Of a stretch of DNA of 64,000 bases, positions 44,714 through 52,276 are shown piece by piece. This DNA comes from Clostridiales bacterium. Its GTDB lineage: Bacteria; Bacillota; Clostridia; Oscillospirales; Oscillospiraceae. The DNA lies in assembly GCA_021205725.1 (NCBI GenBank), contig JAJPWY010000022.1, positions 438-64,437 on the forward strand, in the 5' to 3' direction. Within the stretch, counting starts at the first letter, position 1; every line of letters starts with the position of its first letter. The notes under the pieces are model-generated. The model had not been told where the DNA came from and did not search any database. It worked only from the letters and a program-made list of their open reading frames with translations. A program made the position numbers and the translations under genes.

Positions 44714-45262
44714 CTACGAGATATTTCCATTTTTGTCACAGGTAAGGGAGACATTGACAGGGATAGATACGTTCAGAAGTTTGGATAGCTTTCCTGTAAG
44801 AACGATAGTTCCATCATTTGTGTTGAACGCACTTTTTGAAAAAGACCAACCATCATAAACATCACACCTACTAAGAGACTTTGACGTAACGCTAACGGAA
44901 GTGCCGTCATATTCGAATGTTCCAGAGATTTGTATGATTGCAATCACAGAGCCGTTTGTATCGTACACAGTTTGTTTCTTTGACGCATTAGTCGACTGTG
45001 AAGCAGCCAGCGGAGAAATAGCAGAACTGTTAGGAGAAGCAACCGTAGTGGCGATAACAATAGTAAATCCGTTCTCCAAAACATATGACTCAATATGCTC
45101 AGCATATCCGGTATTGGTGGAAGCTACCGTCTCCGTAACATCTAGAGCAACGGCAGGTGAGAAGACGGAAATTATAAAAAATAGACACAAAGCATATATA
45201 AGTTTTCCCTTGCATATACGTTGAAGTACATCGACTAATATTGCATTTTTATCAGTCCACAT
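44714..45262 (-). CDS. Small secreted hypothetical protein (low GC)
   Basis: Signal-peptide-like LIYALCLFFIISVFSPAVA, then a Ser/Thr/Asn-rich beta-type sequence. ATG 45262 follows GAGGAA and overlaps the upstream stop. Confidence 0.55.
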   Translation of the reverse strand: MWTDKNAILVDVLQRICKGKLIYALCLFFIISVFSPAVALDVTETVASTNTGYAEHIESYVLENGFTIVIATTVASPNSSAISPLAASQSTNASKKQTVYDTNGSVIAIIQISGTFEYDGTSVSVTSKSLSRCDVYDGWSFSKSAFNTNDGTIVLTGKLSKLLNVSIPVNVSLTCDKNGNIS

Positions 45263-45605
45263 AAATTTCCTCAACAACATACACTGGACGAGTCGCACAA
45301 AACAGCAACCAAAGTGTCAGAGCAACTAATACAATTGCCAAAATAGCAATACAAATACGTAGCAAGAGCCGTTCCCTTCGATAGACAACCTGTTCCTGAG
45401 GAGAAGTATTCTCCATTAGAGTAACAGAAACCATATCTGGCGTTCCAAGGGCGGACTCAAGTTCCTCCCAAGTAGGATCAGCGTTCTCTGCCAGCAGGGG
45501 AGCGGCCATCCCGTCCAGCTCCGCCAGCAGCCGTTTTTTGACCTTTCGGCCGCAGTACAGCCCCTGCTTGACAGCCTTTCGGTAGGCAGACCAGGTTTTG
45601 TTCAT
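45252..45605 (-). CDS. PadR-associated membrane protein (DUF1700/HAAS-like)
   Basis: 117 aa. Cytoplasmic helical N-domain with an LG.P motif (ESALGTPDMV), one C-terminal TM helix. ATGA overlap with padR. Confidence 0.55.
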   Translation of the reverse strand: MNKTWSAYRKAVKQGLYCGRKVKKRLLAELDGMAAPLLAENADPTWEELESALGTPDMVSVTLMENTSPQEQVVYRRERLLLRICIAILAIVLVALTLWLLFCATRPVYVVEEIYVD

Positions 45606-45973
45606 CTCTCCTCACCTCCGGACGACAAAAGCTCCTCCACCCCGGCGGTGAACCGGCGGTAGACCGCCAGCAGGCCGTCCAGATAGGCCCGGCCCTCCTC
45701 CGTGATGGTGTAGTATTGGCGCAGACGCCCGTCCGGGGCGAAGCGCTTTTTGCTTTCCGTGATATATTCGTTCCGACCCATCCGGTAGATGGCGGCGTAG
45801 GGAAAAACGATGTTCAGCCGTCCGCCGCTCTTTTCCTGAATGGCGCTGGCCAGCTCGCCGATGTAATACTCCTGCTGAGACAGGAGATAGAGCACCAGCA
45901 GTTCGGTCATCGCTTTTTTCAGGTTGTCCTCCAGAGAGTCCGGTTTTCGCTTTTCTTCTGGCGTAGGGGACAT
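45602..45973 (-). CDS. PadR family transcriptional regulator
   Basis: 123 aa. Winged-helix segment LLVLYLLSQQEYYIGELASAI...IYRMGRNEYI...RQYYTITEEGRAYL. Confidence 0.85.
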   Translation of the reverse strand: MSPTPEEKRKPDSLEDNLKKAMTELLVLYLLSQQEYYIGELASAIQEKSGGRLNIVFPYAAIYRMGRNEYITESKKRFAPDGRLRQYYTITEEGRAYLDGLLAVYRRFTAGVEELLSSGGEER

Positions 45974-46000
45974 CTGTGTTCCTTCCTGTTCTTTTTTCCT

Positions 46001-46029
46001 ATTCTAGTCTGTCTGTGGAAAAATGTCAA
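46001..46029 (-). promoter_or_regulatory. Sigma-A type promoter for the padR operon
   Basis: Minus strand: TTGACA (46029-46024), 17 nt, TAGAAT (46006-46001). Confidence 0.6.
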
Positions 46030-46084
46030 TGGCAGAAAATCCAGAAGCAAAAATTTTTGCAATTAATTAAATTTGCCATTGACA
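46024..46084. repeat. 11-bp perfect inverted repeat TGTCAATGGCA ... TGCCATTGACA covering both divergent -35 boxes
   Basis: Left arm 46024-46034 and right arm 46074-46084, read directly. Confidence 0.85.
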
Positions 46085-46106
46085 AAATAAATGGAGGGTG
46101 TATAAT
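46079..46106 (+). promoter_or_regulatory. Sigma-A type promoter divergent from padR
   Basis: TTGACA (46079-46084), 16 nt, TATAAT (46101-46106). Confidence 0.55.
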
Positions 46107-46152
46107 AAAAGCAGGATAAGCAAAGCAAGCTACAAAAGGGGAGAGGTGATAG

Positions 46153-46190
46153 CGTCTTAAAACTCCTTACAGTTTTATGCAACTACTTGC
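46153..46190 (+). repeat. Copy 1 of a 38-nt direct repeat (partner 46686-46723)
   Basis: CGTCTTAAAactCcTTaCAGTTTTATgCAACTaCTTGC versus CGTCTTAAAgctTcTTgCAGTTTTATaCAACTgCTTGC. Both end in the -35 box of a promoter. Confidence 0.8.
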
Positions 46191-46215
46191 ATATGTGGGC
46201 AATGTCCGCTATACT
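46187..46215 (+). promoter_or_regulatory. Sigma-A type promoter for the 46265 membrane-protein gene
   Basis: TTGCAT (46187-46192), 17 nt, TATACT (46210-46215). Confidence 0.6.
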
Positions 46216-46264
46216 AAAAATGAAAGTATTAGCTGATTTGTTACTTGGAAAGGAGCTGCAAAGG

Positions 46265-46693
46265 ATGAAAAGAACCGATTTGATCGAAAAAGGCCGTCAG
46301 AACCGCTTCGTCGGCGCCGTCGTCCATATGCTGGTGTTTCTGGTGTTCTACCTGCTCTATCTGCTGATTCTGGCGACCATGGGGACGGATAACCCCTTCT
46401 ATCCCTTCGACTGGGCGGCGAACAGGGGCTTTCTCTTCTACTGGGTCCCGGTGCTCATCGTTCGGCTGCTCAATTACAACATTGCTGCGGGCTGCATGAC
46501 GACAGGCTATTTCCTGGGCCTGATTCTGAGCATCCCGGTGAACAAGCTCACCTATCAGGAGATCCCCTATGACAGCGGCGTCGGATTTTACACAACGATG
46601 TACGAGTTCTATTTCTGGTTCTGCATCGTTGCCATCTCCATTGTGGTAGGCATCGTGGGAGAGGTACGGTATCGGAAAAACAAGACGTCTTAA
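46265..46693 (+). CDS. Small 4-TM membrane protein, unknown function
   Basis: 142 aa from ATG 46265 (AAAGGAG upstream). Hydrophobic segments separated by short loops. Confidence 0.55.
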   Translation: MKRTDLIEKGRQNRFVGAVVHMLVFLVFYLLYLLILATMGTDNPFYPFDWAANRGFLFYWVPVLIVRLLNYNIAAGCMTTGYFLGLILSIPVNKLTYQEIPYDSGVGFYTTMYEFYFWFCIVAISIVVGIVGEVRYRKNKTS

Positions 46694-46723
46694 AGCTTCT
46701 TGCAGTTTTATACAACTGCTTGC
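46686..46723 (+). repeat. Copy 2 of the 38-nt direct repeat
   Basis: See 46153-46190. Offset 533 nt. This copy includes the stop codon of the 46265 gene. Confidence 0.8.
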
Positions 46724-46748
46724 TTGAACAGGCCACACCTGATATACT
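46720..46748 (+). promoter_or_regulatory. Sigma-A type promoter for the 46792 gene
   Basis: TTGCTT (46720-46725), 17 nt, TATACT (46743-46748). Confidence 0.6.
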
Positions 46749-46791
46749 GATAAACAGAGAAAAATTCAACTCAGGAAAGGGGGCACCCAAG

Positions 46792-47229
46792 ATGAAAGAG
46801 ACAGAGAAACGGAGACGGTTCTCTCCGCCCGTCATTGTACTGCTGGTCGTGCTGGCGGTGCTGGCGGCGGGGCTGTGGGTATGGAGCGAGTTTTCCTGCA
46901 CCGTCACCGTGCCCAATGACAGGGGAGAGGTCTTCTCCATCAACGCCGCCCTGGTGAAGTCTGTGGCGATCACCGACGGCAATACCGGGGAGCAGACAGA
47001 GTATACGGACTCAGAAAATATTCAGTCTGTCGTCGCCGCACTGAACGCCCTGCGGTATGACGACTGCGAGGACTTCCCGGAGTGGAACGACCGAACCGGA
47101 TACGACAGGTGGGTGGTCATTACACTGGTGACGGGGCAGACCTGTGAGTTTGACTATTCCGACGGGGTAGTGAACATTCCCTGGTATCACTGCTACTGCG
47201 ACACAGCGGGCCTGGATACCTTTGCCTGA
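46792..47229 (+). CDS. Membrane-anchored hypothetical protein
   Basis: 145 aa. MKETEKRRRFSPPVIVLLVVLAVLAAGLW anchor, then a soluble domain. Its N-terminus is paralogous to the 47342 gene. Confidence 0.55.
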   Translation: MKETEKRRRFSPPVIVLLVVLAVLAAGLWVWSEFSCTVTVPNDRGEVFSINAALVKSVAITDGNTGEQTEYTDSENIQSVVAALNALRYDDCEDFPEWNDRTGYDRWVVITLVTGQTCEFDYSDGVVNIPWYHCYCDTAGLDTFA

Positions 47230-47341
47230 ATCCTACCGGCCCGGGATGGGCAGACTCGACCAAAGTCTGCAAATAGTCTGTAAAATCCCGTAAGAGAACC
47301 TTACCATCGGTGTTGGCTGCGATAGAGAGGAGGCTCCCACG

Positions 47342-47812
47342 ATGAGAGAGACAGAGAAGCAGAGGCGGCTTTCTCTACCCGTCATCGTCCTGCTGGTCGT
47401 GCTGGCGGTGCTGGCGGCGGTGGGCTGGTACCGCTACAGCGAATACCGGGGCGTGTCGCCCCTGTCCCTGGACGTGGAGCAGGTGACAGAGTTTCAGACT
47501 GAGATGCAGGAGGCTGACCCAGACCTGACCCAGATCGACGTGACCTACTGGTTCCCCCAAAACATGGCCGTGACCTGCTACCGGGACAGCTGGACGGAGG
47601 AGCAGGCCGAGGATTTCCTGTCAGAGCTGCGGGAGCTGATGACAGACGAAGAGTTCCAGACGGCGTACACAGCCGCCCACGACAGCCGCTACGGAACGGA
47701 GCAGGGGTCCCCGGAGGTGGTCATGGTCTACTTTTACGAGGAGGACGGCATCCTCCCGGCCTACCGCTATTCCGCCACCTTTCCGGAGGTGTCCTGGGTT
47801 TCTATCGGGTGA
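47342..47812 (+). CDS. Membrane-anchored hypothetical protein (N-terminal paralog of 46792 gene)
   Basis: 156 aa. MRETEKQRRLSLPVIVLLVVLAVLAAVGW. GAGGAGG RBS. Acidic soluble domain unrelated to the neighbour. Confidence 0.55.
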   Translation: MRETEKQRRLSLPVIVLLVVLAVLAAVGWYRYSEYRGVSPLSLDVEQVTEFQTEMQEADPDLTQIDVTYWFPQNMAVTCYRDSWTEEQAEDFLSELRELMTDEEFQTAYTAAHDSRYGTEQGSPEVVMVYFYEEDGILPAYRYSATFPEVSWVSIG

Positions 47813-47841
47813 GGCTGAGGGCTTTTCCCCACAAACGAATC

Positions 47842-47875
47842 AAAACGGCTGGCACAGGACTGCCAGCCGTTTTTT
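47842..47875. terminator. Bidirectional intrinsic terminator
   Basis: AAAA-CGGCTGGCA-N6-TGCCAGCCG-TTTTTT. Confidence 0.8.
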
Positions 47876-47877
47876 CG

Positions 47878-48864
47878 TCACACCACCCGCAGAGGGCACT
47901 CCTTCCCGTCAAAGAACTGCCGGGCGGCCTCCAGAGAGTTGCGCACCATGTCGTCGGCGGCGCTCTCCGTCCAGAAGGCCAGGTGGGGGGTCATAATGAC
48001 GTTGGGCATGGCGCTGAGAATGGCCATGTCGTGGTTGCCCATGACCTGGTTGCAGTGGTCCAGATAGTAGACCGACCGGTCCCCGTCGAATACGTCCAGA
48101 GCGGCTCCCGCCAGATGTCCGGACTCCAGCGCAGCGATGAGGGCGGCGTTGTCCACCAGGTCTCCCCGGGCGGTGTTGACGAGCCAGGCCCCCTGCTTCA
48201 TCCGCCCCATGGTCTCCCCGTTCAGGAGGTAGCGGGTGGCTGGGTTGGAGGCCAGGTGGAGGGAGACGAGATCGCTCTCCGCCAGCAGCGTCTCCAGAGG
48301 GACATACTGAACGATGTCCGCCAGCTCGGGCCGCTGGTGGCGGCTCCAGGCCAGCACACGGCAGCCAAAGGCGGCAAACCGCCGGGCAGCCACGCTGCCG
48401 ATGCTCCCGGTGCCCAGAATGCCCACCGTCATGGTGTGCAGCTCCCGGCCCAGAAAGGGCTCAAACCGATAGTCCTGCCCCTGATTGCGCAGCAGGGCGG
48501 CCTTGGTGTGCCGGGTGACCATGAGGGCCAGCATGACGGCGTAGTCCGCCACGCTGGAAGGGGAGTAGGTGTTCCGGGTGACGGCCATCCCCACCGCTCT
48601 GGCGTGGGCCAGGTCGATATTGTCCACCCCGATGGGCCGGGCGTTGATGAGCCGTGCTCCACCTGCCTGATAGACGTCGATCATCCCGGCGGTGATCTGC
48701 CGGGCGGCGGCGATGGCCACGGCGTCATAGCCCTGGGCCATGGCGGCGTTTTCCGGCAGGGGGCGCTCCACCGTGCAGGTCACCTGAAAGCCGAACTCCG
48801 GGCCGAACCGGGCGTAGCGCTCTATCTCCTCCGGGCCGCAGGAATAGGCAAACATCCGCTCCAT
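47878..48864 (-). CDS. D-isomer-specific 2-hydroxyacid dehydrogenase (D-lactate dehydrogenase-like)
   Basis: GILGTGSIGS NAD-binding motif. NTARGDLVD and MTPHLAF catalytic-region motifs. 328 aa. Confidence 0.85.
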   Translation of the reverse strand: MERMFAYSCGPEEIERYARFGPEFGFQVTCTVERPLPENAAMAQGYDAVAIAAARQITAGMIDVYQAGGARLINARPIGVDNIDLAHARAVGMAVTRNTYSPSSVADYAVMLALMVTRHTKAALLRNQGQDYRFEPFLGRELHTMTVGILGTGSIGSVAARRFAAFGCRVLAWSRHQRPELADIVQYVPLETLLAESDLVSLHLASNPATRYLLNGETMGRMKQGAWLVNTARGDLVDNAALIAALESGHLAGAALDVFDGDRSVYYLDHCNQVMGNHDMAILSAMPNVIMTPHLAFWTESAADDMVRNSLEAARQFFDGKECPLRVV

Positions 48865-48867
48865 CGC

Positions 48868-49125
48868 TCACTCCTCCAATCTGGCGTAGACCACCTTGGC
48901 GGAGACCCCCTCCAGCCGTCCCACCTTGCCGGAGAGGGCGGAGATGGCGTCGTTGGGGGCGTCCAGCATGACGGAGATCAGGCTGACGTTCCGTGCCGGA
49001 TAGGGCAGACCCATCCGGCCGATGATATAGGGGCTGTACTGGTGGAGCAGCTCGTTGAGCTGCGGCACGGCGTCCGGGTCCTCCACCACAATGGCCAGCA
49101 GGGCCACGCGGGTTTGTTGTTCCAT
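48868..49125 (-). CDS. TM1266-family ACT-like small regulatory protein
   Basis: 85 aa. VALLAIVVEDPDAVPQLNELLHQYSPYIIGRMGLPYPARNVSLISVMLDAPNDAISALSGKVGRLEGVSAKVVY resembles the family annotated as iron-only hydrogenase system regulator. AGGAGG RBS before ATG 49125. The ORF-track start 49296 is rejected. Confidence 0.65.
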   Translation of the reverse strand: MEQQTRVALLAIVVEDPDAVPQLNELLHQYSPYIIGRMGLPYPARNVSLISVMLDAPNDAISALSGKVGRLEGVSAKVVYARLEE

Positions 49126-49410
49126 AGGGGGCCTCCTTCTCGAAGAAAAGGGGACTTTGCAGTCCTCACAGGCTCTATTATACCGGTTCAGAGGAAAAAT
49201 GGGAAGAGCCTGGCACGATTTTCTCGGGTTTGAGACAGGGAGTGTGGCGAAAACCCACAGGAAAGGCGGAGGCATGTCCCTCAGACGGTGGGCCATCTGC
49301 GGTCAGGCGGTCTCTTTCACGAAAAGGGGGTGGAAATGCGGGCCTCCTTGCTTTATAATAAATCGTACCGTGAGCGTCATTGATCCGCAAAACGATGGAA
49401 AGGGAGGCAT

Positions 49411-50409
49411 ATGTCCATGAAGATTTTGATTATCGCCAGCCAGTCACGCTATGAGAAATTTATGCCGGAGAGCGGGATCGCCCGCCAGTGTGAGCTGGTC
49501 TACCGTCCGGTCGGCACCCCAGACGCAGCGCTTTTGGAGGCTGCCGGAGATGCGGAGGTCATTTTGGCCGACGCCATTGCCACAGTAGACGCAAATCTGA
49601 TCGGTCAAATGCCAAACCTACGGTTGATCCACTCTGAGGGCGCCGCCTATGACCGCATTGACGGGGAGGCGGCCCGGAGCCGGGGAATCTACGTCTGCAA
49701 CAACCAGGGAGCCAATGCCCAGGCGGTGGCGGAACAGGCGATCATGCTCATGCTGGGCCTGCTCCGCTTTGCGGAGGAGGGCCACCGGGCGGTTCTGGAG
49801 GGCAGGCAGATCGATTTGAAGGAGGCAAAAATGGTCAGCGGCATCACCGAGCTGCGGGATTGCACTGTGGGTCTTGTGGGCTTCGGCAACATCGCCAGGC
49901 AGACGGCGCTGCTGCTCCGGGCCTTTGGAGCGAGCTGCCTGTACTACAGCCCCCACCAAAAGGACAGGGAGACGGAGGCACTGTACCATGTGGAGTACCG
50001 ACCTCTGGATGAGCTGCTGGCCCAGAGTGACATCGTCAGCCTCCACTCGGCGGTCACGCCGGAGACGGTGGAGATGATGAACGGGGAGACGCTGGGGCGG
50101 ATGAAGCCCGGGGCCTATCTCGTCAACACCGCCCGGGGCGATCTGGTGGACCAGCAGGCGCTGGTGCAGGCCCTGGACTCCGGCCATCTGAGGGGAGCCG
50201 GGCTGGATACCCTGACCCCGGAGCCGGTCACCAGAGACAATCCTCTGGTTCGCTTCGCCGCCGAGCACCCTGGCCGCATCCTGCTTTCGCCCCACATCGG
50301 CGGCGTCACCACCGGCTGCTTCCGTCGGATGCACAGCCGGATGTGGGACAATGTAGCTGCTGTTGCCGCCGGACAGCGGCCGGTATGCGTGGTGAACGGC
50401 GTGCTGTGA
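49411..50409 (+). CDS. D-isomer-specific 2-hydroxyacid dehydrogenase (glycerate/phosphoglycerate dehydrogenase-like)
   Basis: GLVGFGNIA NAD motif. NTARGDLVD and SPHIGGVT motifs. 332 aa. Confidence 0.85.
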   Translation: MSMKILIIASQSRYEKFMPESGIARQCELVYRPVGTPDAALLEAAGDAEVILADAIATVDANLIGQMPNLRLIHSEGAAYDRIDGEAARSRGIYVCNNQGANAQAVAEQAIMLMLGLLRFAEEGHRAVLEGRQIDLKEAKMVSGITELRDCTVGLVGFGNIARQTALLLRAFGASCLYYSPHQKDRETEALYHVEYRPLDELLAQSDIVSLHSAVTPETVEMMNGETLGRMKPGAYLVNTARGDLVDQQALVQALDSGHLRGAGLDTLTPEPVTRDNPLVRFAAEHPGRILLSPHIGGVTTGCFRRMHSRMWDNVAAVAAGQRPVCVVNGVL

Positions 50410-50451
50410 CTTTGCGACCCGGAAGGTGAAAAAGGCGAGACGAGACCGTTT

Positions 50452-50961
50452 TCAACACGGCAGCAGATAAAACGCATCCGTCAGGGACAGATCCCGGAAC
50501 AGGATGGCGTCCGGCGGCTGTATCGTCCAGCAGACGATGAGGCCGGTCAGCAGGATGACCGCCCCGGTGAGCAGACTGCTCCGACGCTCTCCCACTGGAA
50601 GCACGGCGGGCAGGAAGAAGCCCAGCCCCATGGTGACGAAGTATAGTGCCAGGTTGGTTCCCAGATCTCCGGCTCCGGCCACACAGTTCAAATACCATCC
50701 TGCCCCCAACAGCAGGCCGCAGCAGAGCAGCAGGGAGAGGAGCCAGGGCGCCGTTCGCCACCGTCCGGCGCCGGTGAGATAGGCTCCCGCCAGCAGTAGC
50801 GGCCAGAACACCAGCTTCATGTGCTCCCAGATACTCTCGTTCACCGGGGCGATAAACTCGGTGAGGATACTGGGCCAGAGAGAGAACAGAAAGTGCAGCC
50901 CACAGCCCAGGGCCACGGCAACGAAATAGCACAGCAGCAGCGGTCTGTCCAAATTTTTCAC
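50452..50961 (-). CDS. Small polytopic membrane protein (DUF6512-like)
   Basis: 169 aa, 5 TM. NESIWEHMKLVFWPLL segment. GTG start 50961 follows AGGGGG, which is part of the rpoD terminator stem. Confidence 0.5.
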   Translation of the reverse strand: MKNLDRPLLLCYFVAVALGCGLHFLFSLWPSILTEFIAPVNESIWEHMKLVFWPLLLAGAYLTGAGRWRTAPWLLSLLLCCGLLLGAGWYLNCVAGAGDLGTNLALYFVTMGLGFFLPAVLPVGERRSSLLTGAVILLTGLIVCWTIQPPDAILFRDLSLTDAFYLLPC

Positions 50962-51007
50962 AAAATCGCCCCCTCTGGCATACAGGATATGCAGAGGGGG
51001 CGATTTT
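50962..51007 (-). terminator. Intrinsic terminator after rpoD
   Basis: 13-bp stem ATCGCCCCCTCTG / CAGAGGGGGCGAT, flanked by A- and T-tracts. Confidence 0.7.
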
Positions 51008-51019
51008 CATCACTGATAT

Positions 51020-52276
51020 TCAGTTCAAAAAGTCTCTCAGCTTCTTGGAGCGGCTGGGATGACGCAGCTTGCGCAGGGCCTTGGCCTCGATCTGGCGGAT
51101 ACGCTCCCGGGTGACGTGGAACTGCTTGCCCACCTCCTCCAGGGTGCGGGTGCGGCCGTCCTCCAGACCAAAGCGGAGCTTGAGCACCTTCTCCTCCCGG
51201 GGAGTCAGGGTGGAGAGCACCTCCGTCAGCTGCTCCTTGAGCAGCGTATAGGAGGCGGCCTCCGCCGGCTCGCAGGCGTCCTCGTCTTGGATGAAGTCTC
51301 CCAGATGGGAGTCCTCCTCCTCGCCGATGGGGGTCTCCAGCGAGACCGGCTCCTGGGCGATCTTCAAAATCTCCCGCACCTTGTCCACCGGCATATTCAT
51401 CTCGGCGGCGATCTCCTCAGGGGAGGGATCGTGGCCCAGCTCCTGGAGCAGCTGCCGGGAGACCCGGATGACCTTGTTGATGGTCTCCACCATATGGACG
51501 GGGATGCGGATGGTGTGAGCCTGGTCAGCGATGGCCCGGGTGATGGCCTGGCGGATCCACCAGGTGGCATAGGTGGAGAACTTGTAGCCCTTGGTGTAGT
51601 CGAACTTCTCCACTGCCTTGATGAGGCCCAGGTTGCCCTCCTGGATCAGGTCGAGGAACAGCATTCCACGGCCCACGTACCGCTTGGCGATGGAGACCAC
51701 CAGGCGCAGGTTTGCCTCGGCCAGGCGTTGCTTGCAGTCCTCGCCGTGCTTGATGGCCTTTTCCAGCTCCTTGCGAACCTCCTCCAGGATCTCCTCGCCG
51801 GACTCCTCCAGCTCCTCCAGCTGTTCCTTGGCGGCATTTCCGGCGCTCATCCCCTTGGCCAGCTCGGTCTCCTCCTCCGGGGTCAGCAGAGGAACCTTGC
51901 CGATCTCCTTCAGGTACATCCGCACCGGGTCGTCGATGCCGTAGTTGTCCACCAGGGTGTTGGGGTCGACCACCTCTTCCTCGGCCAGCTCCTCGATCTC
52001 CTCCTCAGGAGGCTCCGCCGTCTCCGGCAGCTCCTCGTCGGAGACCAGCTCGATGCCCTGGTTCTCCAGGATGTCATAGAAGCGATCCAGGGTGTCGCTG
52101 TCCAGCTCCACGCCGTCCAGCTCCATCATCTCCATAGCGGTGAGCTTGCCCTTCTTCTTGCCCCGCTCGATGAGCTCGTTGAGCTTCTCTGCGCCGGGGA
52201 CGCCGTCAGGGATACGGGCCTTTGCGTCCTTGGTGTCCTTGCTCTTGTCGGAGACAGGCTTCTTCTTGTCACTCAT
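51020..52276 (-). CDS. rpoD: Primary RNA polymerase sigma factor
   Basis: Acidic N-terminal region. Region 2 [14 protein letters not shown]. Region 4.2 [20 protein letters not shown]. Confidence 0.95.
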   Translation of the reverse strand: MSDKKKPVSDKSKDTKDAKARIPDGVPGAEKLNELIERGKKKGKLTAMEMMELDGVELDSDTLDRFYDILENQGIELVSDEELPETAEPPEEEIEELAEEEVVDPNTLVDNYGIDDPVRMYLKEIGKVPLLTPEEETELAKGMSAGNAAKEQLEELEESGEEILEEVRKELEKAIKHGEDCKQRLAEANLRLVVSIAKRYVGRGMLFLDLIQEGNLGLIKAVEKFDYTKGYKFSTYATWWIRQAITRAIADQAHTIRIPVHMVETINKVIRVSRQLLQELGHDPSPEEIAAEMNMPVDKVREILKIAQEPVSLETPIGEEEDSHLGDFIQDEDACEPAEAASYTLLKEQLTEVLSTLTPREEKVLKLRFGLEDGRTRTLEEVGKQFHVTRERIRQIEAKALRKLRHPSRSKKLRDFLN

